IMG/VR virus record: IMGVR_UViG_2619619029_000002 | Coordinates: 12,785-76,784 of that record | Reading direction: 5' to 3' (one strand) | DNA length: 64,000 bases | From: a virus | Lineage: Duplodnaviria; Caudoviricetes | Shown here: one piece after another, positions 35,098 to 44,236 of the stretch | Layout: every line of letters starts with the position of its first letter | How positions within the stretch are numbered: the first letter of the stretch is position 1 | Made by a program: the position numbers and the translations under genes | Notes under the pieces: generated by a model | Seen by the model: the letters and a program-made list of their open reading frames with translations, nothing else | Database searches by the model: none | Told to the model about the DNA's origin: nothing

Positions 35098-36237
35098 TTA
35101 CGGGTTGCTGCGCTGGTAGAGGATGGTGGCGCCGGACGTCGCATCCAGCAGCGCGGTGAAGGGCATGCTGACGGTGACGGGGCCCGAGTTCGGGTTGTCG
35201 ACGTCGCCGCCCGTGTACTTGATGCGTGGCAGGTAAATGCGGTGGAAGTCCGTCCCGTTGACGTCCTCCAGGAGCAGCTCCAGGCTGGACTCCTCCTCGT
35301 TGATGAAGCGGTTCAGGAGGACGGCATCCTTGAAGTAGGCGGAGATGCTGCCGGTGACGACGAAGGCGCCCTCGTGAACCTCCTGGGGGCTCTTGTGGCC
35401 GACGACGCCCTGGACGCTGCGCCCGTTGGCGATTTCCAGCTCCACGGCCGTCACGTTGGCCACCCGTTGCCCGCCCTCGTACAGCGCCCCGGTGAAGGCG
35501 TCGAAGGGGCTGCCGGTGCCAGCCGGAGTCAGCGTCACCGCGTGGGTGGCCGTGGCCTGCACCATGTCCTTGCCGAGGAAGGACATGCTGCACGTGACGA
35601 TTTCGCCGGGCGTCACGGAGAGAGACAGGCTGTCCACCGCACAGCCCCGGTACAGCATGAACTGGCTGATGTCGGTGAAGGCCCGCTCCAGCCCGAAGCT
35701 GACAAGCTCGGTGCCGTTGGCCAGGCGCTGGCCCACCAGGGCCACGGTGCGCCCCGCCGCGGCCACATCCACGGTGAGGGCCCTGTCCACCTCCAGGCGC
35801 AGCGCGGACACGGCCACCACCTTCGCCCGGCCGTTGTTCCCCGCCTCGGCGAAGCCGGAGGCCATCACCATGTCCCCCGGGAGGAAGCCATCCTCGAGGA
35901 AGCTGCCCGAGTCACGGACGAAGGCGTCCGCTTCCGCCTCCAGCGAGGCCGCGCCCGTCGTCACCGCGCGCCATGTGCCGCTGAGGGCGGCGGCCAGGAG
36001 GACGTCGAAGGTGCCGCGGGAGAGCTCGAAGGAGAAGTCGCCGCCCACGCTGCGCATGCCGTGGCGCAAGTCCGCCGTCTGCCTGTCGTCCCGAACCTCG
36101 TTGGACTGGTACGTCTCCTTCGCGAGGTTGAGGCTGGTGTCGGTGAAGCGGAGCACCGAGTAAGCCGTGCTGGGCACGCCGTACTCAGTCTCCGGTGCGA
36201 AGCGCAGCGCGGTCCGCTGCCCAGAAGCTGAAGCCAT
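35098..36237 (-). CDS. major tail (tube) protein
   Basis: ETEYGVP..LRFT..SL...Y.SNEVR.DRQ..SVGGDFSFEL; AGGAG RBS. Confidence 0.88.
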   Translation of the reverse strand: MASASGQRTALRFAPETEYGVPSTAYSVLRFTDTSLNLAKETYQSNEVRDDRQTADLRHGMRSVGGDFSFELSRGTFDVLLAAALSGTWRAVTTGAASLEAEADAFVRDSGSFLEDGFLPGDMVMASGFAEAGNNGRAKVVAVSALRLEVDRALTVDVAAAGRTVALVGQRLANGTELVSFGLERAFTDISQFMLYRGCAVDSLSLSVTPGEIVTCSMSFLGKDMVQATATHAVTLTPAGTGSPFDAFTGALYEGGQRVANVTAVELEIANGRSVQGVVGHKSPQEVHEGAFVVTGSISAYFKDAVLLNRFINEEESSLELLLEDVNGTDFHRIYLPRIKYTGGDVDNPNSGPVTVSMPFTALLDATSGATILYQRSNP

Positions 36238-36269
36238 GTCTCTTCTCCTGCCGCCCACACACGGGCAGC

Positions 36270-36695
36270 TCAGTCCAACGAGTGCACCAACCAGGAAATG
36301 CTGACGGGCGTGGCCCACCACGGCTCGTCACGCAGCGCGGGGCCCACAGAGGCGGAGTGGATGCTCACCACCGTGTCGTTGCGCCCCAACCGCGTCCCCC
36401 GCTTGAAGGCGTCACACAGCGCCTGGGCCACGGTGAGGCTCGCCGCCGTGCCCTCGCCAATGGGGTGAAAGAGCAGCACCTGGAAGACTCCCGGGCGCCG
36501 CGTGTGCGAGTCCACCCCGACGCCGGCGGGTGACGTCCGCGCGGGGAGGCAGTCCAGCCGGGCCCAGGGCACGCCCGGCGTGGGGGTGAAGACGACGTTG
36601 GAGTAGGCGAGGTTGGCCTCGCCCAGCAGCGGCGCCAGCACCTCGCGCGCGCGCAGCTCCAGCGCCTGGGGGATGTCGAGGAGGGGCGGACTCAC
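36270..36695 (-). CDS. tail terminator protein (DUF4128-like)
   Basis: AYSNVVFTP..PW.R...GVFQV.LF.P.G.G; position in the operon. Confidence 0.75.
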   Translation of the reverse strand: MSPPLLDIPQALELRAREVLAPLLGEANLAYSNVVFTPTPGVPWARLDCLPARTSPAGVGVDSHTRRPGVFQVLLFHPIGEGTAASLTVAQALCDAFKRGTRLGRNDTVVSIHSASVGPALRDEPWWATPVSISWLVHSLD

Positions 36696-37156
36696 AGCGT
36701 GCCGTCCCCCTTCCCTGCCTCTTGCTTCGCCTCGCCCACGGCCTCCCCGAGAATCTCAGGCAGGTTGGCCAGGGTGACGCGCACCATTCCGCTGGGCGCC
36801 TGCTGGCTGTGGCCGAATTCCAGCCGGCGCGCGTACGGCAGGTTGTTGGCGACGTACACCGTGTCGCCCAGCTTCGCGGCGTCCAGCGCCTCCTTCGCCG
36901 CGGTAATGGTGGCGCCCCCGTCCTTGTCCGTGGCTTCCAGAGTGCCGTCGGGCCGAGCGCCCACGCCCGCGCGCCAGTTGCCCCGGAAGTGCCCGGTGTC
37001 CACGGGCGAGGCGGTGACGACGTTGGCCAGGATGCCCAGCGCCGTCTTCCGCACCACCTCGTTGGCGCGCTCCTCCGTCACCTTCACGAAGGACTGCACC
37101 TGCCGCGTGAAGCTGGCACCACGCCGTACGCGCGCGTCCGTCTTCTTCAGCGTCAT
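36692..37156 (-). CDS. tail completion protein (HK97 gp10-like)
   Basis: SPVDTGHFRGNW..NNLPYARRLEFGHSQQAPSGMVR. Confidence 0.88.
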   Translation of the reverse strand: MTLKKTDARVRRGASFTRQVQSFVKVTEERANEVVRKTALGILANVVTASPVDTGHFRGNWRAGVGARPDGTLEATDKDGGATITAAKEALDAAKLGDTVYVANNLPYARRLEFGHSQQAPSGMVRVTLANLPEILGEAVGEAKQEAGKGDGTL

Positions 37157-37527
37157 GCGGCCACCCGAAGTACGTAGAGGACGGGAGTGCCCTGCAACTG
37201 CACCGGCGGGTCCGTCCGAAGCACCCGCCAGGTGCACCCTTCCAGCGGACCCACTTCGTCACCAGGGCCCGGCGTCACCGGCAGCCCGGCCGCGGCCACC
37301 AGCAGCTTGCGCCTGCCCACCTTCACCGTGCCGGCGGGCACCAACTCCTGGTACCCGTTGTCGGCCTGCACCAGCACCTGCACCGCGTGCGTGGTGACGG
37401 TTGCCGGCGCCGTGGAGAGGGCCGGGTCGTACGCCCCCGTCGTCCGCCGCGTGAGGGTGGCGCCCTGCCCGAAGCGCTTCAGCAGCTCGAGAGCCTTTCG
37501 GGCCAGTCTGTCCGCCTGGGCGCTCAT
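37153..37527 (-). CDS. head closure / stopper protein
   Basis: ALELLKRFGQ..TL.R....YDP; position in the operon. Confidence 0.75.
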   Translation of the reverse strand: MSAQADRLARKALELLKRFGQGATLTRRTTGAYDPALSTAPATVTTHAVQVLVQADNGYQELVPAGTVKVGRRKLLVAAAGLPVTPGPGDEVGPLEGCTWRVLRTDPPVQLQGTPVLYVLRVAA

Positions 37528-38018
37528 CCTCGGAGAAGCCCCACGGTGCCGATGCCGCCCACGCGGGCGCCACGCAGGAAGGGCCGCACCAGCGTGGCCA
37601 CCTGCTCCGGAATCGGCACGTGCCGCTCCGGAGACGTCTCCAGCGGCCCCACCTTCACCCCCTCGTCCACCACGGGTCCGAGGCCGGCCGTCCAGTCCTC
37701 CCCCATGAGGCGGAAGGCGAACTCCGCCGTCGCCCCGCGCACGCGCAGCGGCACCGCGGTGGCTGGCAGCGTCACCCCGTCCAGCACCACGCCGCGCCGG
37801 GGCCAGGCCAGGGACTGTTCCGCCTCGGCCCGGCTGCCCACGTAGCCGAAGTGGGTGTCCAGCAGGCTGGTGGCCCACATGAGGTGGCGCTCCTTCGCCT
37901 CCTGCGTGGCGGACTCCCACGCGGCGTTGTGGCCGCGCGCGGAGTGGTAGGCGTCCGCCTCCACCACCGTGCAGTACGAGTTCGCGGCCGGGCCGCTGGG
38001 GGTAGCGTCGAAGGGCAT
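37524..38018 (-). CDS. head-tail adaptor protein
   Basis: ANSY.TV.EADAY...QSLAWPR..VP..V..A..E.A. Confidence 0.8.
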   Translation of the reverse strand: MPFDATPSGPAANSYCTVVEADAYHSARGHNAAWESATQEAKERHLMWATSLLDTHFGYVGSRAEAEQSLAWPRRGVVLDGVTLPATAVPLRVRGATAEFAFRLMGEDWTAGLGPVVDEGVKVGPLETSPERHVPIPEQVATLVRPFLRGARVGGIGTVGLLRG

Positions 38019-38042
38019 GGGGCTGTCTCCAGGGACTGCCGG

Positions 38043-38507
38043 CTACTCCGCCTTCGCCTTGGCCCTGCCCTTCGGAACGGGCGACTCCTCAGCGGGGGCA
38101 GGCACAGGCGCCGGAGGCGACGTGGGGGCCGGGGTCACAACCGTCGCGTCGCGCAGCTGCGCCTGCGCGGTGCGCAGCTCGGCCTTCACCCGCTCCAGCT
38201 CCGACATGCCCTCGTCGAGGGCATGCCGCAGCTCGCGGACCTGGCCGTCCGCCTCCGGCTGCGTGGTGCCCACCCCGGGGAGCGCGGCACTGGCGCCGCC
38301 CCACCGCGCCCACTCATAGGCGTCCTTCGCCTTCCGCCCCTCGACGCTGCCCTCCGGGTACGCGCTGTAGTACCGCGAGAGGAGTCGCTGCGCGGGCCCG
38401 CTGCTGCGCGCCGGCAGCACCAGCGCGCCGCCCTTGAAGGTGAAACCCCCGAGGGTGATGTCCTTGCCCTCGTTGGGGCCCACCAGAACCATACGAATGC
38501 CGTCCAT
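38043..38507 (-). CDS. virion-associated hypothetical protein
   Basis: Directly after the capsid gene; coiled coil plus Pro/Ala/Lys tail. Confidence 0.7.
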   Translation of the reverse strand: MDGIRMVLVGPNEGKDITLGGFTFKGGALVLPARSSGPAQRLLSRYYSAYPEGSVEGRKAKDAYEWARWGGASAALPGVGTTQPEADGQVRELRHALDEGMSELERVKAELRTAQAQLRDATVVTPAPTSPPAPVPAPAEESPVPKGRAKAKAE

Positions 38508-38577
38508 GCTTGCTCCTGCTGTGGAAAGAGGGAGCGGAGAGGCATGGCGCCTCTCCGCGAAACGTGAGGGGCGCGGC

Positions 38578-39513
38578 TCAGGGGGCCAGCGGAGCGGTGC
38601 GGATGCCCTTCACCGTGGCGAGCGCGTAGTCGTTGAAGACGGCCGTCCCGCAGTACCAGACGACACGGGTGATTCGCTCATCCTTCTCCTGGTGCTCGCC
38701 CACCTCCTTGATGTGGATGCCCGCCGACGCGCCCGGCGCCGTCAGTCCGGCGATGCCCACGCTGCGGCTTCCATCGTCGAAGCAGCCCGCGATGATGCTG
38801 GTGCAGTCCGTCGCCGTCCCCTCCGTCTGGTTGGTGGGGATGTAGTCATTCACGAAGATGGGGATGCCGCGGTACGCAGGCACCGTCTTCCCGCTCGGCA
38901 GGGTGATGACCTCGGAGATGCTCGCGCCGCCCAGCTTGCGCAGGTACGCGTAGTGCCGGTTCAGCATCACCTCCGCCATGGTGATGAAGTCCACCTCGCC
39001 GTCCTTGGCCTTCACCTTGGAGATGAGCTCGTCCAGGAAAGCGACGTCGTAGAGGGCACCATTCGTCCCAGCCACCAGCGTCTGCCCGGCGGCCACCTGC
39101 GCCAGCAGTCCGGGGAACTCGTTGCTGAGCCCCGTGCCGTTGATGAACATGCTCCGGAACTTGCGCCCGGCAGACTTGGCCTTGGAGACAATCTGGTAGC
39201 CCTCCTGGTCATTGACGTTGGAGCGCGTGGCCTGGATGAGTCCGTCCACCTCGGCGTCGCCGATGATGCGCGTCAGCGTCGCGGTGTCCTGCTCGACGGT
39301 GGCCGGGTTCTTCGCGGTGATGGTGCCGCCGACGCCCAGCACCTCAACGTCGCCCATCACCGACTCGCGGTTGAAGGTGAAGGAGTTGCCCTCCAACTCA
39401 TCGAAGGGCAGCCGCTCGAAGAGGCGGTCCGTGGTGACGATGGTTTCGATGACGCCGGAGACAAGCTCGTCGCGGGACAGCTTCGCGGATTCAGCCAGGG
39501 TGATTGAAGCCAT
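38578..39513 (-). CDS. major capsid protein
   Basis: MASITLAESAKL..GVIETI..LPF..EGNS..FNRE; follows the scaffold gene. Confidence 0.9.
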   Translation of the reverse strand: MASITLAESAKLSRDELVSGVIETIVTTDRLFERLPFDELEGNSFTFNRESVMGDVEVLGVGGTITAKNPATVEQDTATLTRIIGDAEVDGLIQATRSNVNDQEGYQIVSKAKSAGRKFRSMFINGTGLSNEFPGLLAQVAAGQTLVAGTNGALYDVAFLDELISKVKAKDGEVDFITMAEVMLNRHYAYLRKLGGASISEVITLPSGKTVPAYRGIPIFVNDYIPTNQTEGTATDCTSIIAGCFDDGSRSVGIAGLTAPGASAGIHIKEVGEHQEKDERITRVVWYCGTAVFNDYALATVKGIRTAPLAP

Positions 39514-39680
39514 GGGGTGTCGCTCCTCCTCGGTGAGAGGGAGACTGAGAGGGATTGCAGACGCGCCAAGGGCGGGAGGCGACTCGGGCCCTGGAGCGCA
39601 CGTGTAGTGTGGAGTCGAGAGAGGACAGCGGCCGAGCATCCCGCTCGGATTGCCTCCGGCCGCGTCCCGCGCACCGAGGG

Positions 39681-40439
39681 CTAGTCCTGCTTACGCCGAG
39701 CTGCCAGGGCCGCCGCGATGCGCTGCGGAGCGCTGAGCTGCTCGGTACCGCCGGGCTTCCCGCCCGTTTTGCCCCCCGTAGGCGTCCCGCCACCGGAGGA
39801 ACCCGAAGCCTCGAAGGCCCGAGCGAAGTTGGTGTCCTTCTTGAGCTCCGTGACGAACTCCCGAATCGTCATGAAGCCGCCCTTGCCGTTGCCGCGAGGA
39901 TCCCCCTCTGCGTCAACAACCCGAGCCAAGAAGTTGCCACCTTCCTCAATCACTTTCACATGCTTCTGGACGTGAGGCAAGAGGAGCACTGCACTCCCTT
40001 TCAGCTCGGCGATAGCAGCCGTCGCCTCCGCCTCCACCAGGTGCTTGTGGAGGCTGCCCCGCATGCGCTCGACGACGGTGTCACGCTCCTTGAGCGCGTT
40101 CGCGTGCCCCGCCTCGAGGTCGGCCTTCAGCTTCTCGAAGTTGGCCGCGCCGTCCTTCCCCTCCTGCGCCTTGGCGAGTGCAGCCTTCAGCTCTCCGAGT
40201 GACTTCTCCACCTCCTCGGGGGCCTTGCCCAGCTTCGTCCAGGCCTTCTGCGCCTCCGCGAGCACCTTGTTGTTCTTCCGCTCCTTCTCCAGGGCGGTGT
40301 TCAGCCCCGTGGTGTCCATGCGCTTCGCCACGTCGGAGTCGAGGGCGAACTTCCCGCTCTCCCCCTTCGCGTACAGCCCGCGGTACTTCTCGGGGACGAT
40401 GTTCAGCTCATCCAGTTCCGGCTGCCACTCGAATTCCAT
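39681..40439 (-). CDS. capsid scaffolding protein
   Basis: Coiled coil, Gly-rich C-terminal tail, upstream of the capsid gene. Confidence 0.8.
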   Translation of the reverse strand: MEFEWQPELDELNIVPEKYRGLYAKGESGKFALDSDVAKRMDTTGLNTALEKERKNNKVLAEAQKAWTKLGKAPEEVEKSLGELKAALAKAQEGKDGAANFEKLKADLEAGHANALKERDTVVERMRGSLHKHLVEAEATAAIAELKGSAVLLLPHVQKHVKVIEEGGNFLARVVDAEGDPRGNGKGGFMTIREFVTELKKDTNFARAFEASGSSGGGTPTGGKTGGKPGGTEQLSAPQRIAAALAARRKQD

Positions 40440-40469
40440 GTCGCTTCCCTTCTCGGCCCAGTGGGCCGG

Positions 40470-41687
40470 TTACAACTTCGCCTTCTTGAAAGCCTCGGAC
40501 TCCGCCTCGCGGAGCGCCTCCAGCGTCAACGTCCTGCCGCTCGCGTCGGTGAAGCGGTCCACGCTCAGCCCGCCGTTGCGGAAGAGCTGCCCGCGCGTGG
40601 GGCCCAGCACCTCGTCCTGGAAGCTGGCCGACTGACGGCGCAGCCAGTCCTCGTAGGACAGCCCCTTGGGCACCTGGCCGATGTTCTCCCGCGCCCACTT
40701 CTCGCGGATGCGGGCGATGGCGGCGCGCCGCTCCTTCTCGGACATGTCCGACCAGGCCGCGCCCGCCTTCGCCTTCGCCTCAGCGCGGAAGTCGATTTCC
40801 CGCTGGCGCCGGGTGCGCGCGTCGGTGACGGCCGGCCTGTCGCCCACCAGCTTCACCCCGTTGATGACGGGCACGGTCGTGGTGCGACACCCCGGGTGGA
40901 ACGGTGGGCGCTTCCCCTCCCTCACCGGGAACACCTTCCCATCGAGGGCCATACAACCCAGCGTGGTGCGGCCGTCGAGCGTTGCCACCAGCCGCACCTC
41001 TTCGATGATGTCCTCGTTGGCCCGGTACACCTCTTCCCGGGCCTGGGTGGAGGCGTGGTTGAGGGAGGTGCGCACCAGCGTCTCCGCGCTGCGCCGGGAC
41101 ATCTCCACCACGCCGTCCGTGTACGAGGCACCGCGGGTGCCCACCACGCTCCGGACAATCTCCTGCGTCGTCTGCCCCTCGACGATGCCCACCTGCACGG
41201 CCCGGGAGATGCGCTCCAGGTCGGCAGGCTGAAGCGCCTCCACCCAGTGCTCGAAGACGGCGCCGCTGAAGGGGCGCTCGAAGACGGCCGCGCGCAGCAC
41301 CTCCGCGGACGGAGCCACCACGCCCAACTCGACGATGAGCGTCTCCTGGAGGACGGCTGCCTGCCACTGCGCCTCATAGGCCGCGAAGACGGACAGCTCC
41401 TCCCGGAGGAAGCCGGCCGCCGCGGCGTATGCCTCGGCGCGCACGCCGCCCACCACCTTCAGCAGCTCCTGCAGGCGTTCGGTGGTTTCCGGCCCGGCGT
41501 CGAAGCCACCCGCCGCAACGATGCGCTCCACGCGGACGGCGAGTTGCTCTTCGAGCTTCTCTTCCGTGGCGTTGAGCAGTTCCACCACCCGGCGGACGGT
41601 GCCCGCCTTGTAGCGCTCCACCTGCACGGAGTGCGCGATGGTTTGTTCGAGGATTTCCTCGTTGGCCGTGCGGCGGGTGGTGGCCAC
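40470..41687 (-). CDS. minor head protein (SPP1 gp7 / Mu gpF-like)
   Basis: LVRT...HA..ATLDGRTTLGC..LDG..PPFHPGCR.T..YEDWL..Q. Confidence 0.88.
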   Translation of the reverse strand: MATTRRTANEEILEQTIAHSVQVERYKAGTVRRVVELLNATEEKLEEQLAVRVERIVAAGGFDAGPETTERLQELLKVVGGVRAEAYAAAAGFLREELSVFAAYEAQWQAAVLQETLIVELGVVAPSAEVLRAAVFERPFSGAVFEHWVEALQPADLERISRAVQVGIVEGQTTQEIVRSVVGTRGASYTDGVVEMSRRSAETLVRTSLNHASTQAREEVYRANEDIIEEVRLVATLDGRTTLGCMALDGKVFPVREGKRPPFHPGCRTTTVPVINGVKLVGDRPAVTDARTRRQREIDFRAEAKAKAGAAWSDMSEKERRAAIARIREKWARENIGQVPKGLSYEDWLRRQSASFQDEVLGPTRGQLFRNGGLSVDRFTDASGRTLTLEALREAESEAFKKAKL

Positions 41688-42050
41688 CTATGCCCCTCCC
41701 CGCTCGCGGCGGCGCACTTCGTCCACCAGGTGGTGCACCGCGCGCAGCGCCAGCTCGGCGCCCCGGACTCGCCAGGACTTGGGCTTCGGCTCCTCCGCCT
41801 GGCCCGTCACGTCCACGCTGGCCACACGCGCCCCGTCCGAGAGGGCCTTCTCGATGACGGTGTCCCGCTGCTCGCGGATGGCCGCCCAGATGTCCCGGCC
41901 CAGGGGCTCGGCCAGGGTGATGGAGGTGCGCGCGAAGCGTCCGCCATCCGGCTCTTCGCCGTAGCGGAAGTTCTCGTCCAAGACGAGGACGACGCGCCCC
42001 TCTGCGTTGCGGTGCACCTCCCAGCTCCTGTCGAGGCGGACGGGCGTCAC
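41688..42050 (-). CDS. hypothetical protein
   Basis: GTGA-coupled between the portal and minor head genes. Confidence 0.65.
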   Translation of the reverse strand: MTPVRLDRSWEVHRNAEGRVVLVLDENFRYGEEPDGGRFARTSITLAEPLGRDIWAAIREQRDTVIEKALSDGARVASVDVTGQAEEPKPKSWRVRGAELALRAVHHLVDEVRRRERGGA

Positions 42051-43525
42051 GCGGCACCTCCTGAAGCGGGAGCGGCGGCTGGCGCGCGCCCACCGCCCAG
42101 CGCCGAGGGGGCGGGCCGGAAGGTGCCCAGGGCCGGGCCCTCGGACATCAGCCGGTCAGCGTCCAGGGCCGCATCAAAGTCCGGCGCAAGGACGCCCCGG
42201 CGCTTGAGCTCGGCGAGGAAGGCCTCGCGCGAAATGTCGCCCTTCGCTCGCGCCTTGAAGAGGACGTCCAGGTCCTGCTTGTCCTGCTCCGTCAGCCCGA
42301 AGTCGGTGTGCACCTGCACCTTCAGCGAGGCGTCATCCACCTGGAGTTGCATCCACCGCGCCGCGAAGTGGAGGCCCAACTCGAGGGCGTCCCCGAAGCT
42401 CTCCGCCATGGCCTGAAGCTCGCTCTGGCTCTTCGCCTCGTTGATGGACTTCTCGGTGGCCGTGGCCGTGCCGGAGCGCTTGACGAGCAACTCGATGCCG
42501 AGCGCCGCCATCTCGTCCTTCAGGTCCTCCAGGTCCTGCCGGCCCGCGGAGATGGCGGCCCCGCCGTGCTCGACGTAGTAGAATTTCCCCTGCGGATTCT
42601 CCGTGGTGAGCAGCGCATGCGGGCTGACGGTGAGCTTGCCGCCGTCCTCGCTCTGGCCTTCGCCGCCCGCCTCCTCGCGGACGCCAGACGCCGCGAGCAT
42701 CGGGAAGCGCGCCACGGTGAGGACGTTTCGCTGGTCGCTGGCAGACTGCCAGTGCTCCACGTTCTTGAAGGCCAGGTCCAGCAGCGGCGGCCGGGCCTGC
42801 ATGAGCGCCTTGCGCTCGCCGGCGTACCAGGTGACGAGGGGAATGAAGCCCAACTGGTTTTCCCCGCTCTCCACCTTCTTCCAGCCACCGTTGCCGACGC
42901 GCTCGTGGACCTCCCACTGCGTGGGCTCCAGAACGCGGATGCGCTCCACCACCACCTCGGCGTAGCCCGCCATCCGCACCTCAGTCTCCCGGAAGCGCAC
43001 GTGGGTGAGGCGCTCCACCCCGTCCACCACTTCGGAGTACGCGGCAATGAGGGCTTCGGCGGGGATGTGGACGAAGTAGGGACGGGCGCCCACGCGCTGC
43101 TCGTCTTCCAGCGTCTTCACCTTCTCCGGGTCCACCACGGGGAAGTCGACGAGGAAGTGGGTGAAGGCCTTCGCCAAGCCGTCCGCGAAGACGGGGCGGG
43201 CCCACGCCGTGAGGTCATGGCCCTGCCGGTCCACGTCATCCACCAGGGCCTGCAGTTCTTCTGGCGCAGCGTCGCCCAGCCGCACGGGCTTCGCGAAGGG
43301 CTTGGCGGCAAGGCTCCCCAGCACCTTGGTGAAGTAGTTGAAGAGGAAGGTGCGGTTGAGTCGCGCCCGGTACGCTTTCAGCGTCTCACGGGGGTGGCGG
43401 GGCAGGTGCCGCTCCCCTGCCTCGCGCATGGCCCGAGTGCCCCCCATCAAGTCGAGCACCAGCTGCCAGTCCGGCAGCATCCCCTTGTACGCGCTGCTCT
43501 GCGCGTTCACGTCGCTCTTCGCCAC
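42047..43525 (-). CDS. portal protein (DUF4055-like)
   Basis: GGTRAMREAG..LP..E...Y..RL....FN; PPLLDLA..N..H.Q..SD; TATE. Confidence 0.9.
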   Translation of the reverse strand: MAKSDVNAQSSAYKGMLPDWQLVLDLMGGTRAMREAGERHLPRHPRETLKAYRARLNRTFLFNYFTKVLGSLAAKPFAKPVRLGDAAPEELQALVDDVDRQGHDLTAWARPVFADGLAKAFTHFLVDFPVVDPEKVKTLEDEQRVGARPYFVHIPAEALIAAYSEVVDGVERLTHVRFRETEVRMAGYAEVVVERIRVLEPTQWEVHERVGNGGWKKVESGENQLGFIPLVTWYAGERKALMQARPPLLDLAFKNVEHWQSASDQRNVLTVARFPMLAASGVREEAGGEGQSEDGGKLTVSPHALLTTENPQGKFYYVEHGGAAISAGRQDLEDLKDEMAALGIELLVKRSGTATATEKSINEAKSQSELQAMAESFGDALELGLHFAARWMQLQVDDASLKVQVHTDFGLTEQDKQDLDVLFKARAKGDISREAFLAELKRRGVLAPDFDAALDADRLMSEGPALGTFRPAPSALGGGRAPAAAPASGGAA

Positions 43526-43526
43526 G

Positions 43527-43739
43527 TCAGGCCCTCCCCTCTTCCGCGTTGCCCTGGCGCCGCAGGTGGACGTAGGCCCAGGTGTCCGAGGCCAAGCGCG
43601 TCAGTCGGCGACGGTGCGGGTCCTCCAGGTGCGCGGAGAAGCGCACCACCACCCAGACGGAATCGCGCCGGGCCACCCGAGGCAGGCCTCGGCCGCGCAG
43701 GCGCCGGCCAGTCCCTGGGCGATGACGGGCGGCCTTCAC
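43527..43739 (-). CDS. small basic hypothetical protein
   Basis: GGAGG RBS and GTGA overlap with the JAB gene. Confidence 0.4.
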   Translation of the reverse strand: MKAARHRPGTGRRLRGRGLPRVARRDSVWVVVRFSAHLEDPHRRRLTRLASDTWAYVHLRRQGNAEEGRA

Positions 43740-44236
43740 TGGCCACCTCCCGTCATGCGCAGCGGGGCGTCCTCGCCTCGAACCATGGTGAAGAGGGCCA
43801 CCTCAACGGACTCCATGCCCGGCGGTCCCGCCAGCAGCAGCTCCAGCACCGCGGGCATGTCCGGCGTCAGCGTCTCGCGAATGGAGGCGAGGTCCATGGC
43901 GGACAGCACGGGACGGCCGCCCGGGTGCGTGTGCCAGTCGCCCAGGTAGCGCAGGCGCGGCCACACGCGGTGCACCAGCCGGTTGTCGCGGGCCCTGTCC
44001 GCCTCGAAGGTGTAGCGGGCAAGGCGCACATTCCGCCCCGGGCCCGTCACCGCGACGACGTGGGCCTCGCCGTCCACCACGTGCCCCAGCAGCATGCCGC
44101 CCGTCTCCATCGGCGCGGCGGCGCGCGCCAGGCGGGCCGCCTTCGCCAGGGCGGACTGGGACAGCCAAGCCCGGTACCCGTCCGCCACGTACAGAGCGGC
44201 TGCACTCCCCGTGGGCTTCGCGCACGCGGCCGGCAT
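43736..44236 (-). CDS. stand-alone JAB/MPN+ metallo-isopeptidase
   Basis: METGGMLLG..VTGPG..YLGDWHTHP....S.MD; TGATG-coupled to terL. Confidence 0.88.
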   Translation of the reverse strand: MPAACAKPTGSAAALYVADGYRAWLSQSALAKAARLARAAAPMETGGMLLGHVVDGEAHVVAVTGPGRNVRLARYTFEADRARDNRLVHRVWPRLRYLGDWHTHPGGRPVLSAMDLASIRETLTPDMPAVLELLLAGPPGMESVEVALFTMVRGEDAPLRMTGGGQ

